Below are positions 46,694 through 56,616 of a stretch of 64,000 nucleotides of DNA, in pieces. The notes beneath the pieces are model-generated. The model worked only from the letters and a program-made list of their open reading frames with translations, did no database searches and had not been told where the DNA came from. The stretch's first letter is position 1; each line of letters begins with the position of its first letter. Location of the stretch: positions 8 through 64,007 of the forward strand of contig JAZQQH010000132.1 of the NCBI GenBank assembly GCA_045628985.1, given 5' to 3'. A program made the translations under genes and the position numbers. This DNA comes from Bacteroidales bacterium (GTDB taxonomy: Bacteria; Bacteroidota; Bacteroidia; Bacteroidales; UBA3663).

Positions 46694-49534
46694 TTATCCC
46701 TTGCGCTTTACGAGTTCATTCGGATTCTCTCCGAAATACTCCTTATAGCACTTGGTGAAGTAGCTCGGGGCGGTGAAGCCGACGGCGTAGGCTACCTGTG
46801 CGATGGTATCATCGCCCTGGGCAAGGAGTTGCTGAGCGCGCTTCAGTCGGGTATTGCGGATAAGCTCGACAGGGGAGTAGTTGGTCAGCGCCTTGCACTT
46901 GCGATAGAGCTGTGCGCGGCTCATGCCAATCTCGTCACCGAGGAGTTCGACGCCGAACTCTGAGTCGCTGAGATGTGCTTCGATGAGGGTGCGCATCTTG
47001 TTGAGGAACTTCTCATCGATGCTTGAGATGGTGTTGTAATGTACTTCCTTGGCAGGCGTTGCTTCCGTTGAGGTAGAAGAAGTCGCAGAGCTGCTGCTCG
47101 CATCGCGCTCAGTGGCAGGGTGAGCGTAAGTCGAGTCGGAGAAGTAGTCGCGCACGCGGTCATGATTCTTGATCAACGCCTCAAGCTGAGCCATGAGCAC
47201 CTCGTTGTTGAATGGCTTAGAGAGGTAGGCGTCAGCACCTTCCTGATGGCCTTGTACGCGCTGCTCGTCGAGGTTGCATGCGGTGAGCATCATGACAGGG
47301 ATGTGGCTGGTGTTGACCTCCGACTTCAGTCGGCGGCAAGTCTCCAGACCGTCCATCACTGGCATCATCACATCGCAGAGGATGGCATCTGGCACGAGGC
47401 GCATGGCCTTGCGGATACCTTCCTGTCCGTTAGATGCGGTGAAGACATGATACGTTGAGCCAAGCAGCGTGCGCATAAGTGCCAGGATGTCAGCATTGTC
47501 GTCGATGACCAGTACGGCTGGCTTTGGATCGTCTTCTGCGAGTTCCTGAGGTTCAACACTTTCGGCCAGCTCCATCTCGACCTGCTGTGCATTGAGCGCC
47601 ACGGCGCGACGCTTCTCCTGCTGTTCGAGGCTCTCGGAAACTTCACGGATCGGGAGGGTGACGGTGAAGATGGTTCCCTTGCCCTCGCTGCGGTTTTCGA
47701 CGCTGATCTGGCCACCATGCAGTTCGACGAAATTCTTGACCAAGGCAAGTCCGATGCCGGAGCCTTCGTGGTGAGCTGAGTCGATCTGATAGAAGTTCTC
47801 GAAGATTTTCTGTATATGCTCTACGTTGATGCCAGGGCCTGTGTCACCAATGCTCATTATTATATTATCGCGCGTGCGAGAGAGTCCTACCTCGATGCGA
47901 CCGTTCTCAGGGGTGAACTTGAAGGCGTTGCCCATGAGGTTGAAGAAGATGCGCTCCAGCTTTGGCAGGTCACCCATGGTGAGGTAGGCGTTGGCGTCAT
48001 CCTGCTTCTGGAGCTGCAGCGCCATGCGGATATGCTTCTTGAAGGCCAGGCCTTCGAACGAGTGATACCAGCCAGAGACAGAGTCGGCCAGGTCGACGGC
48101 TTCGAGGTTCAGCTCGAGCTTGCCACTCTCATATTTGCGGAAGTCAAGGATCTGATTGACGAGGCGCAGAAGTACCTGTACATTCTTCTGGGCTAATTGT
48201 ACAAATTGGGATTGCTCGGTCGTCAGGTTGGTGGCATTCTGCAGCTTTTCGATAGGAGCGGAGATAAGCGTCAGTGGGGTACGGAAGTCGTGTGAGACGT
48301 TGGTAAAGAACATCAGTTTGGCCTTGGTGGCCTCCTCTACTTGACTGGTCAGTACCTTGAGCTGCTTGTTCTGCTCCTGCAGCTGGTCACGCTGCTGCTT
48401 GAGCGTTTCCTGCTGACGTGCAAGGCTCTCGTTGAGTCGCTGCTTGATATAATACTGTCGATAGAGGACGATGATGAAGATGATGATGAAGCCTACGAAG
48501 ACCAGCAGACCGCCGAGGAGTGTCTGCTCGAGGTTGTGCTGCTGCCAGAAATAGTCGATGCGGCCTTTGAGCATCTGCACGGTGTCTACCTCGCGCAAAA
48601 CCTCCTGATAGATATTGTCCATCAGCGGAGCGTTGAGCGGGTCGACCATATAGGTCTTGAGCGAAGTGTTTCGCTCGAAAGGCTCGCCATTGAGAATCTT
48701 GACTGCGGTCTGGATGATGCGGTCGCCACCGGTGGCATAGACGGCTGAGGCTTCAATCTCGCCCTTGATGATGGCTTCGACGCCATTGCCAGGACCGGTC
48801 AGGCCATCGACACCGATGATGATGATGTCGTTGCCCGGCTGCAGGCGGTTGGCTGCCTGGCGTGCACCGATGGCCATCTGGTCGTTCTGCGCCAGAATCA
48901 TCTGTACGTCAGGATAAAGGCGCAGCAGGCTGTCGGTTACGACTTCGCCGCGGTCCTTGAAGAAGTTGGCCACACCCTGATGAATCTCATAGAGGTCAGC
49001 TTTTGTGCCGAGCATTTCCAGGAAGCCTTCATGACGCAGTTCGGCAGGGGTTGAACCCGGAAGACCCAGGATCTCGAGCACCTTGCCGCCTTCGGGCATC
49101 ATCATCATGAGGTGCTGAGCCATGAGGTGTCCTACCGCGCGGTTGTCGCCACCGATGAAGGCGGTGTACTTCTCGCCAGTCACCATACGGTCAGCCACAA
49201 TGACAGGAATCCCTGCATCGAACGCCTTGGAGACAGCCGGTGTGAGCTTGGCTGCCTCGTTAGGAGAGACGATGAGCAGATCGACGTGCTTGTCGATGAA
49301 ATAGTCGATATCTGCTGCCTGACGGTTATTGTCGTTATCGGCAGAACGTACTTCGAGTGAGATTTCGGGGTGGAAGAGGAGCTCGCGCTGCATCTCCTCA
49401 TTGAGCTTGGTGCGCCAGGCGTCGTCACTACATTGTGAGACACCGATGCGATAGTTGTTTGCTGCATTCTTCTGATCACAAGCAGTCAGAAAGAGCGTCA
49501 GTATGGCAATTACTCCGAATAGGTATTTATGCAT
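46694..49534 (-). CDS. Hybrid two-component sensor/regulator with a periplasmic sugar-binding domain (BT1754-like fructose sensor)
   Basis: IGVSQCSDDAWR PBP domain, SHDFRTPLT HisKA, GSGIGL HATPase, DVMMP receiver, AraC HTH. Confidence 0.93.
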   Translation of the reverse strand: MHKYLFGVIAILTLFLTACDQKNAANNYRIGVSQCSDDAWRTKLNEEMQRELLFHPEISLEVRSADNDNNRQAADIDYFIDKHVDLLIVSPNEAAKLTPAVSKAFDAGIPVIVADRMVTGEKYTAFIGGDNRAVGHLMAQHLMMMMPEGGKVLEILGLPGSTPAELRHEGFLEMLGTKADLYEIHQGVANFFKDRGEVVTDSLLRLYPDVQMILAQNDQMAIGARQAANRLQPGNDIIIIGVDGLTGPGNGVEAIIKGEIEASAVYATGGDRIIQTAVKILNGEPFERNTSLKTYMVDPLNAPLMDNIYQEVLREVDTVQMLKGRIDYFWQQHNLEQTLLGGLLVFVGFIIIFIIVLYRQYYIKQRLNESLARQQETLKQQRDQLQEQNKQLKVLTSQVEEATKAKLMFFTNVSHDFRTPLTLISAPIEKLQNATNLTTEQSQFVQLAQKNVQVLLRLVNQILDFRKYESGKLELNLEAVDLADSVSGWYHSFEGLAFKKHIRMALQLQKQDDANAYLTMGDLPKLERIFFNLMGNAFKFTPENGRIEVGLSRTRDNIIMSIGDTGPGINVEHIQKIFENFYQIDSAHHEGSGIGLALVKNFVELHGGQISVENRSEGKGTIFTVTLPIREVSESLEQQEKRRAVALNAQQVEMELAESVEPQELAEDDPKPAVLVIDDNADILALMRTLLGSTYHVFTASNGQEGIRKAMRLVPDAILCDVMMPVMDGLETCRRLKSEVNTSHIPVMMLTACNLDEQRVQGHQEGADAYLSKPFNNEVLMAQLEALIKNHDRVRDYFSDSTYAHPATERDASSSSATSSTSTEATPAKEVHYNTISSIDEKFLNKMRTLIEAHLSDSEFGVELLGDEIGMSRAQLYRKCKALTNYSPVELIRNTRLKRAQQLLAQGDDTIAQVAYAVGFTAPSYFTKCYKEYFGENPNELVKRKG

Positions 49535-49927
49535 GAGTAAAAATAGTGTAGGTGAAGTGCTTGTAAGTCGAATTATTGATGTGCAAAAATAAGTGTTTCC
49601 CGTGAGAATTACAAATTTTGACTCTTGTTTTTTTATTTATTGTGCAAAATTAGGGTGCGAAATATATTGCGCATGCCGTGTTGCGAAAGAAAAGAGCGGA
49701 AAAAAGTGCAAAAAAAAGCGTTGAAAATCTATAATTTAATGACAAAAGAGTGGTTTTCTACAAAAAATGAGGTAAAATAAGCAAATTAGTGGCAAAAAAT
49801 TTGGTAGTGTTAAAGAAAATAACTAAAATTGCAGCGTCAAAATAGCAAATCTTATACTGAAATTGTTAAAACGACACACCCACATCGTCAAAAAACAATC
49901 AATAATAATAATTAAAACACTTATGAC

Positions 49928-52900
49928 ATGAAAAGCAGTGCATGCAAAATGAACTGGCTTGGCAAATTGGCGACTCTGTTGGTGACTATCGTCATCAGTG
50001 GAGCGATGGCTTTTGCCCAGACAAAAACCGTCACTGGTACCGTCATTGACGACCTTGACGAGCCTATGATTGGCGTAAATGTGTCTGTGAAGGGTACCAC
50101 CAATGGTACTATTACCGACATCGATGGTAACTATACCATCACCGGCGCCTCTGCAAATGACATCCTGGTGTTCTCATTTGTAGGTATGAATTCCCAGGAG
50201 ATCAAGATCGGTGATCAGACCACGATCAACGTTAAGATGGCTGAGGACAGCCAGATGCTTGAGGACGTTGTAGTCATCGGTTATGGTACAATGAAGAAGA
50301 AGGACCTCACGGGTTCTGTATCAACCGTAGGTTCTGACAAGCTTACCGCAGTCCCTGTTGCTAATGCAGCAGAGGCACTTCAGGGTAAGATGGCCGGTGT
50401 ACAGATTACCGCAAGCGAGGGTTCTCCTGATGCTAGCGTATCTATCCGCGTTCGTGGTGGTGGTTCTATTACCCAGTCGAACGAGCCTCTCTACATCGTC
50501 GATGGCTTCCCTGTAGATAACATCAACGATATCCCATCAAGCGATATCGAGGATATTACTATCTTGAAGGATGCATCTTCTACCGCTATCTACGGTAGCC
50601 GTGGTGCTAACGGTGTAATCCTCGTGACTACCAAGAGCGGTAAGGAGGGTAAGATCAATGTAGCATACAACGCTTACGTATCTATCAAGAATGTGGCTAA
50701 GAAGTACGATGTTCTCGGTGCTTCTGACTACGCTCACTGGGCATACGAGCATGCTGCTCTCCGTGGCAATGGCGATGCTAATCCTTCGGCTTATACCAAG
50801 TTCTTCGGTAACTGGGATGATATTGATCTCTATGACAATGTACAGACCATTGACTGGCAGGATCAGACCTTCGGCCGCACAGGTCGTGCATTCAACCACA
50901 ACGTTTCTATCAACGGTGGTTCTGAGAAGATCAAGTATACCTTCTCTTACTCTATGATGGATGATAAGGCTATCATGCTCGGTTCAAACTACAAGCGTGA
51001 TAACTTCAACCTCAAGCTCCAGAGCAAGCTCAACAAGTCTGTAACCCTCGACCTTACTGCTCGTTACAGCAAGACCAAGGTTCGTGGTGCTGGTGCTAAT
51101 GCTATCAACGATGCAGGCTCTACCTCTGAGTCTCGTATGAAGTATGCTACCATCTATCCTATCATCCCTATCGAGGGTCTTACTGATGCTGATGCTATGG
51201 ATACTGATCCTGAGTTCAACATGTACAACCCTCTCGATGTTACTTATGACAACGATCAGCGCCAGCTCAAGAAGCAGCTCAACATCAACGGCGCTTTGAC
51301 CTGGGAGATCATCAAGAACCTCCGCTTCAAGTCAGAGTTCGGTTACGATGACTACAGCAGCGAGAATGACCGCTTCTATGGTATGACCACTTACTGGATC
51401 AAGAACAACGGTTACGCTGGTGAGCCTTCTCCTGGTACTATCCTCAAGCGCGGTTCACGCGAGCGCCTGCGTACCACTAATACTATTAACTACGACTTCG
51501 GCAAGATCCTTCCAAAGGATCACACTTTGAACGTCCTCTTGGGTCAGGAGTATCTTACTACCAAGAGCAAGAACATGACCAACACCGTCATGGGTCTTCC
51601 TACTTCATTCTCTGCTGAAGAGGCATGGAAGCTTTCTGCACTCGGTACTGCAAGTTCTATCAACAACTACTACAACCCAGACGACAAGTTGCTTTCATTC
51701 TTCGGTCGTTTGAACTATAACTTCAAGGGTCGTTACCTCTTGAGCGCAACCGTCCGTGCCGATGGTAGCTCTAAGTTCTCTGAGGGTAACAAGTGGGGCT
51801 TCTTCCCATCAGCGGCTCTTGCATGGCGTCTCTCTGACGAGGCATTCATGGAGGGTACTAAGGCTTGGCTCGACGACTTGAAGGTACGTCTCTCTTACGG
51901 TACTGCTGGTAACAACGGTATCCCTGAGGGTCAGATCGTTCAGTCATACGCTGCAAGCAACTCTACCTGGATCAACGGCGTATCAAGCTACTGGGCTCCT
52001 TCGAAGGTCATGTCTAACCCAGACCTCAAGTGGGAGACCACCATCACCCGTAACATCGGTATCGACTATAGCTTCCTCAACGGTAAGATCAATGGTACCA
52101 TCGATGCTTACTTGAACAATACCCAGGATCTTCTCATCAACTTCCCTGTATCTGGTACCGGTTACGATACTCAGTATCGCAACATGGGTGAGACTGAGAA
52201 TAAGGGTCTTGAGTTCTCTATCAACTGGAACCCTATCCGCTCTAAGCACTATGACCTCACCATCGGTGCTAACATCTCTATGAACCGTGGTAAGATCACT
52301 GACCTCGGCAGCATGGAAGACTTCGGTGCTACTGCAGGTTGGGCTTCTACCGATATCAATAATGACTTCTGGGTAGCAAAGGGTGGCCAGGTCGGTGAGA
52401 TCCGTGGCTACACAGCTGCTGGCCGTTATGAGGTAAGCGACTTCACCGGTTATGATGAGGCAAGCAAGAAGTGGGTACTTAAGAGTGGTGTACCTGATGC
52501 AACTACCGTTCTCGGCACCACTGTTCGTCCTGGTACTTTGAAGATTGCTGATATCAATGGCGATGGTGCTATCAATGATGATGATAACTCTATCATCGGC
52601 AACACCAATCCTAAGTTCATCGGTGGTTTCAATGTAAGTGCAAAGGTTTATGACTTCGACTTCGCTGCTAACTTCACCTATAGCGTAGGCAACGATGTAT
52701 ATAATGCTGATAAGGTAATGTTCACCCAGACTTCTAAGTATCGCTACTACAGCATGGTTGACGATATGGCAATGGGTAAGCGCTGGACCAACCTCCGTGC
52801 TGACGGCACCATCTCTAACGATCCTGCCGAGTTGACTCAGATGAATGCCAACACCACCATGTGGTCTCCTCTCACTGGCCGTTATGTTATTACCGACCAC

Positions 52901-53158
52901 TACATCGAGGATGCTTCATACCTCCGTCTCAGCACAATCACTTTGGGTTATACCTTGCCAAAGAACCTTATCCAGAAGGCTCACATCAGCAATGCCCGTA
53001 TCTACTTCACCGGTCACAACCTCCTCTGCTTCACCAGCTACTCAGGTCTTGACCCAGAAGTTTCTACTCGAACTCAAACTCCTTTGACTCCTAATGTTGA
53101 CTACTCAGCATATCCAAAGAGCCGTCAGTTCGTAATTGGTATTAATCTCAACTTCTAA
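49928..53158 (+). CDS. SusC/RagA TonB-dependent transporter (pectin PUL)
   Basis: LKDASSTAIYGSRGANGVILVTTK, LKWETT, EDASYLRL, C-terminal F. Confidence 0.96.
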   Translation: MKSSACKMNWLGKLATLLVTIVISGAMAFAQTKTVTGTVIDDLDEPMIGVNVSVKGTTNGTITDIDGNYTITGASANDILVFSFVGMNSQEIKIGDQTTINVKMAEDSQMLEDVVVIGYGTMKKKDLTGSVSTVGSDKLTAVPVANAAEALQGKMAGVQITASEGSPDASVSIRVRGGGSITQSNEPLYIVDGFPVDNINDIPSSDIEDITILKDASSTAIYGSRGANGVILVTTKSGKEGKINVAYNAYVSIKNVAKKYDVLGASDYAHWAYEHAALRGNGDANPSAYTKFFGNWDDIDLYDNVQTIDWQDQTFGRTGRAFNHNVSINGGSEKIKYTFSYSMMDDKAIMLGSNYKRDNFNLKLQSKLNKSVTLDLTARYSKTKVRGAGANAINDAGSTSESRMKYATIYPIIPIEGLTDADAMDTDPEFNMYNPLDVTYDNDQRQLKKQLNINGALTWEIIKNLRFKSEFGYDDYSSENDRFYGMTTYWIKNNGYAGEPSPGTILKRGSRERLRTTNTINYDFGKILPKDHTLNVLLGQEYLTTKSKNMTNTVMGLPTSFSAEEAWKLSALGTASSINNYYNPDDKLLSFFGRLNYNFKGRYLLSATVRADGSSKFSEGNKWGFFPSAALAWRLSDEAFMEGTKAWLDDLKVRLSYGTAGNNGIPEGQIVQSYAASNSTWINGVSSYWAPSKVMSNPDLKWETTITRNIGIDYSFLNGKINGTIDAYLNNTQDLLINFPVSGTGYDTQYRNMGETENKGLEFSINWNPIRSKHYDLTIGANISMNRGKITDLGSMEDFGATAGWASTDINNDFWVAKGGQVGEIRGYTAAGRYEVSDFTGYDEASKKWVLKSGVPDATTVLGTTVRPGTLKIADINGDGAINDDDNSIIGNTNPKFIGGFNVSAKVYDFDFAANFTYSVGNDVYNADKVMFTQTSKYRYYSMVDDMAMGKRWTNLRADGTISNDPAELTQMNANTTMWSPLTGRYVITDHYIEDASYLRLSTITLGYTLPKNLIQKAHISNARIYFTGHNLLCFTSYSGLDPEVSTRTQTPLTPNVDYSAYPKSRQFVIGINLNF

Positions 53159-53172
53159 AACTTGCGATTACA

Positions 53173-54975
53173 ATGAAATTCAATAAATATATTTTGATGT
53201 TCACACTCGCAGGTGGCATGATGGCTTCTTGCGAAGACGTTCTCGATGCTCCTACCCAGAGCTCAATGGACGAAGCAACAATCTTCTCGCAGTACACGCT
53301 TGCTGAATCGGCTGTACGCGGCATTCACCAGTCTTTTGGTGAGACCAACTCTTATCGTGGCCGTTTCTCTCCATACTACGGACTGAATACCGACTGCGAA
53401 TGGCAGAATGGTGGCGATGCTACCAAGATTCCTGATGGCAACAAGTACGACCTCTCGGCTTACAACCCAACCAGCAAGAACTCGCAGATGAATACTGCCA
53501 ACAATGCTTGGGCTAAGTTCTACGAGGGTATCGAGCGTGCCAACATGATCATCCGTGGTCTTCGCACTTACGGCAACGTAGAGAACGATCCTAAGATGGC
53601 TCAGCTTCTCGGTGAGACCCTTACCCTTCGTGCAATGATCTATCAGGATCTTGTCAAGGCATGGGGTGATGTTCCTGCCCGTTTCGAGCCAAACACCTCT
53701 GAGACCGTATATGTAAATAAGTCTGACCGTGACGATATCTACAAGCAGCTCCTTGCTGACCTTGAAGAAGCTTCTAAGCTCTGCTACTGGCCAAACGAGA
53801 GCGATATCACCAAGACTACTGAGCGTGTAAGCAAGGCTTTCGCAAAGGGTCTTCGTGCTCGTCTCGCTCTCTATGCTGGTGGTTATAGCCAGCGTCCTAA
53901 CTCACTCGATGACAAGACTGGCTCATCTGTACGCCTCTCTAACGATCCTGAGCTTGGCCGTGCTGCTATGTATCAGATTGCAAAGCAGGAGTGTCTCGAT
54001 ATCATCAACTCTGGCCGCCTTACCCTCGGTGCCTTCGACGCTCCTTTCAAGGCGCTCTGCAACGACGATGTTACCGCTGGTAAAGAGAACATCTTCGAGA
54101 TTCCATTCTCTGACGGTCGTGGCCGTGAGCTCTACACCTGGGGTGTAAAGCACGAGAATACCGACAAGTACACCAACCAGGCGCAGGGTGGTTACAATGG
54201 CCCTGTTCCAACCCTCTACTTCGACTATGATGTAGATGATGTACGTCGCGATATCACTTGCGTACCTTATAGCTGGGTCAATGGTGTTCAGACTATTGAC
54301 AGCAAGTCTAAACTCTATTCTCAGTACTTCGGTAAGCTCCGCTACGAGTGGATGAAGCGTGTCGTAACTTCTACCAACGACGACGGTATCAACTTCCTCT
54401 CTATGCGCTATGCTGATGTCTATCTCATGGCTGCTGAGGCTATCAACGAGCTCGACGGTCCTTCATCTGCTGCTCCATACCTCAAGCCAATCCTCGACCG
54501 CGCTTATCCTGCTGCTAAGGCTGAAGCTATCCTTAAGGCTGCTACTGCAAGCAAGGAGGCTTTCTTCGAGGAAATCGTAAATCAGCGTAAGTTCGAGTTC
54601 GCAGGCGAGCGTCTCCGCAAGATGGACCTCATCCGTTGGAACCGTCTCGGTTCTGCTCTCGCTCAGACTAAGAAGGATATGATTGCTCTCGCTAATCGTG
54701 AGGGTAAGTATGCTGACGTGCCTACTGCTGTATATTGGAAGAACAATGGTGAGGTTATTGATCTCGTTGGCTTCGGTCATGGTCTTATCTCTGAAGAGGA
54801 GGCTGAGAACCTCAAGCTCAATGGCTATACTGAGAACAAGAACTTCATGAAGCTCGACACCAAGTACATCGACGCACTTTACGTCAATGACCCAGACACC
54901 AAGCAGTTCTGGCCAATCATGGACGAGTTCATCAACACAAGTAACAACCATTTGTGGAACAACTACGGTTATTAA
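53173..54975 (+). CDS. SusD/RagB family lipoprotein (pectin PUL)
   Basis: Lipobox MAS-C, WGDVP, MRYADVYLMAAEA, FEFAGERLRKMDLIRW, NYGY end. Confidence 0.95.
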   Translation: MKFNKYILMFTLAGGMMASCEDVLDAPTQSSMDEATIFSQYTLAESAVRGIHQSFGETNSYRGRFSPYYGLNTDCEWQNGGDATKIPDGNKYDLSAYNPTSKNSQMNTANNAWAKFYEGIERANMIIRGLRTYGNVENDPKMAQLLGETLTLRAMIYQDLVKAWGDVPARFEPNTSETVYVNKSDRDDIYKQLLADLEEASKLCYWPNESDITKTTERVSKAFAKGLRARLALYAGGYSQRPNSLDDKTGSSVRLSNDPELGRAAMYQIAKQECLDIINSGRLTLGAFDAPFKALCNDDVTAGKENIFEIPFSDGRGRELYTWGVKHENTDKYTNQAQGGYNGPVPTLYFDYDVDDVRRDITCVPYSWVNGVQTIDSKSKLYSQYFGKLRYEWMKRVVTSTNDDGINFLSMRYADVYLMAAEAINELDGPSSAAPYLKPILDRAYPAAKAEAILKAATASKEAFFEEIVNQRKFEFAGERLRKMDLIRWNRLGSALAQTKKDMIALANREGKYADVPTAVYWKNNGEVIDLVGFGHGLISEEEAENLKLNGYTENKNFMKLDTKYIDALYVNDPDTKQFWPIMDEFINTSNNHLWNNYGY

Positions 54976-54995
54976 TCTGATAACACACTAACAAA

Positions 54996-56534
54996 ATGAA
55001 TAAGTATACTAACAAAATATCTTTGTATCTCTGCATGGGTACACTCGTTCTGGGTGCAGCCTCATGCTCAGAGCCAGACGATATCATCTCATCAGTTAAG
55101 TACGATCGCTTGTTCTCCCCTACAGAGATTGGTACACGTGTAAGAAACCGTACTGATGTTGAAATCTCTTGGTCAACACGTAACGCTAAGGTTGATCAGT
55201 ACACCATCGAGCTGGCAACTGATGAGTCGTTCTCTTCGATTGCACGTACTGAAACCGCTACTGTTTCTCCTTGGCTCATCGCTGGTTTGGATGGCGAAAC
55301 TGAGTATTTCGTACGTGTCAAGGCTGCTGCTGAGGGTATTGCAGAGAGTAAGTGGTCTCCTTCGGCTAAGTTTACAACCGATACAGAGAATATCTATCTG
55401 CCATTGCTGGATGGTGACTTGCAGGCCACTAGCGTTAATCTGCGCTGGACTCCAGGTCAGGTCGTAGAGTCTATCGAGGTTCTTGATCAGTCAGGTACTA
55501 AGGTAAAGACTCAGGCAGTTTCTTCTAGCGAATCAGCTGCTGGTGTTGCTACTGTAACAGACCTCCAGGGTGAGACTACTTATACCTTCGTCCTCAAGCG
55601 TAATGGCAAGACTCGTGGTTCTATCAACTTGACCACTGAGCTCGACCTTGCGGGTGCTATCAAGGTTACTGTTGATGATGACTGGGCATCTTTGCTCAAG
55701 AATGCTCAGGCTGGCGATGTATTCGCACTCATGCCAGGTACTTATGAGAATGCAGAGGTTACCAATATTACCTTCCCTGCAAGTGTAAGCATCAAGGCTG
55801 CTAAGTCAACTGACAAGCCAGTATTGAAGGGCTTCAACCTCAAGCTCAACAATGGCGCTTCTCTCGAGCTCCTGAACGTTATCCTCGATGGTAATGGCCA
55901 TGGTGATCAGGCAATCATTACTGCGGAGGATGGTGAGATTGACCACATCGTCATCTCTGGCAGCGAGATCAAGAACTTCGTGAAGGGTGTTCTTTATGTA
56001 AATACTAAGACTGCTATCAATACTGTCGACATTAATCATAACTACATCCACGACATCGATTGTAGCGGTGGTGATGGCTTCGATATGCGTAATGGTGCTG
56101 CTGCAGTATTCACATTCACCAACAACTCTGTTGTCAATGTTGCTGCTGTAGGCAAGCGTGATCTCTTCCGTATGGATGCTAATGGTAACAAGGTCGTTGC
56201 TGCAGGTACTATCACTATCTCTAACAACAACTTTGAGAAGGCATCTACTAAGGAGAAGCGTATCCTCTACATCCGTCTGGGTGAAGCCTTCCCAATCACC
56301 TTCACCAAGAACGTGATTTCGAATACAGAGGCATACTATACCAACCAGAAGACTACTCAGATTGAGTCTGTTGCTAACAACAACTACTTCAACGCTCCTA
56401 ACTTCGTAGCTTGTGAGGTTGCTAATGCTGTAGTTGATGCTACTGGCACAAGCAAGAGCCTCGATCCTAAGTACAATGCAGAGTATCTCGTAACCAACGA
56501 GGATGTAATCTTCGAAGGCCTTGGTAATTTCTAA
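54996..56534 (+). CDS. Surface glycan-binding lipoprotein (FN3 plus DUF4957/DUF5123-like beta-helix)
   Basis: Lipobox, RLFSP motif, FN3 repeats, Asn-rich beta-helix. Confidence 0.8.
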   Translation: MNKYTNKISLYLCMGTLVLGAASCSEPDDIISSVKYDRLFSPTEIGTRVRNRTDVEISWSTRNAKVDQYTIELATDESFSSIARTETATVSPWLIAGLDGETEYFVRVKAAAEGIAESKWSPSAKFTTDTENIYLPLLDGDLQATSVNLRWTPGQVVESIEVLDQSGTKVKTQAVSSSESAAGVATVTDLQGETTYTFVLKRNGKTRGSINLTTELDLAGAIKVTVDDDWASLLKNAQAGDVFALMPGTYENAEVTNITFPASVSIKAAKSTDKPVLKGFNLKLNNGASLELLNVILDGNGHGDQAIITAEDGEIDHIVISGSEIKNFVKGVLYVNTKTAINTVDINHNYIHDIDCSGGDGFDMRNGAAAVFTFTNNSVVNVAAVGKRDLFRMDANGNKVVAAGTITISNNNFEKASTKEKRILYIRLGEAFPITFTKNVISNTEAYYTNQKTTQIESVANNNYFNAPNFVACEVANAVVDATGTSKSLDPKYNAEYLVTNEDVIFEGLGNF

Positions 56535-56553
56535 TTGAGACTATGCTTTATTC

Positions 56554-56590
56554 AAGAGGGCAAGTTCTATAAAGACTTGCCCTCTTTTTT
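56554..56590 (+). terminator. Intrinsic terminator/attenuator
   Basis: aagagggcaagt...acttgccctctttttt. Confidence 0.85.
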
Positions 56591-56616
56591 AAGGTATTTA
56601 CAGCAATAAACCCCTT

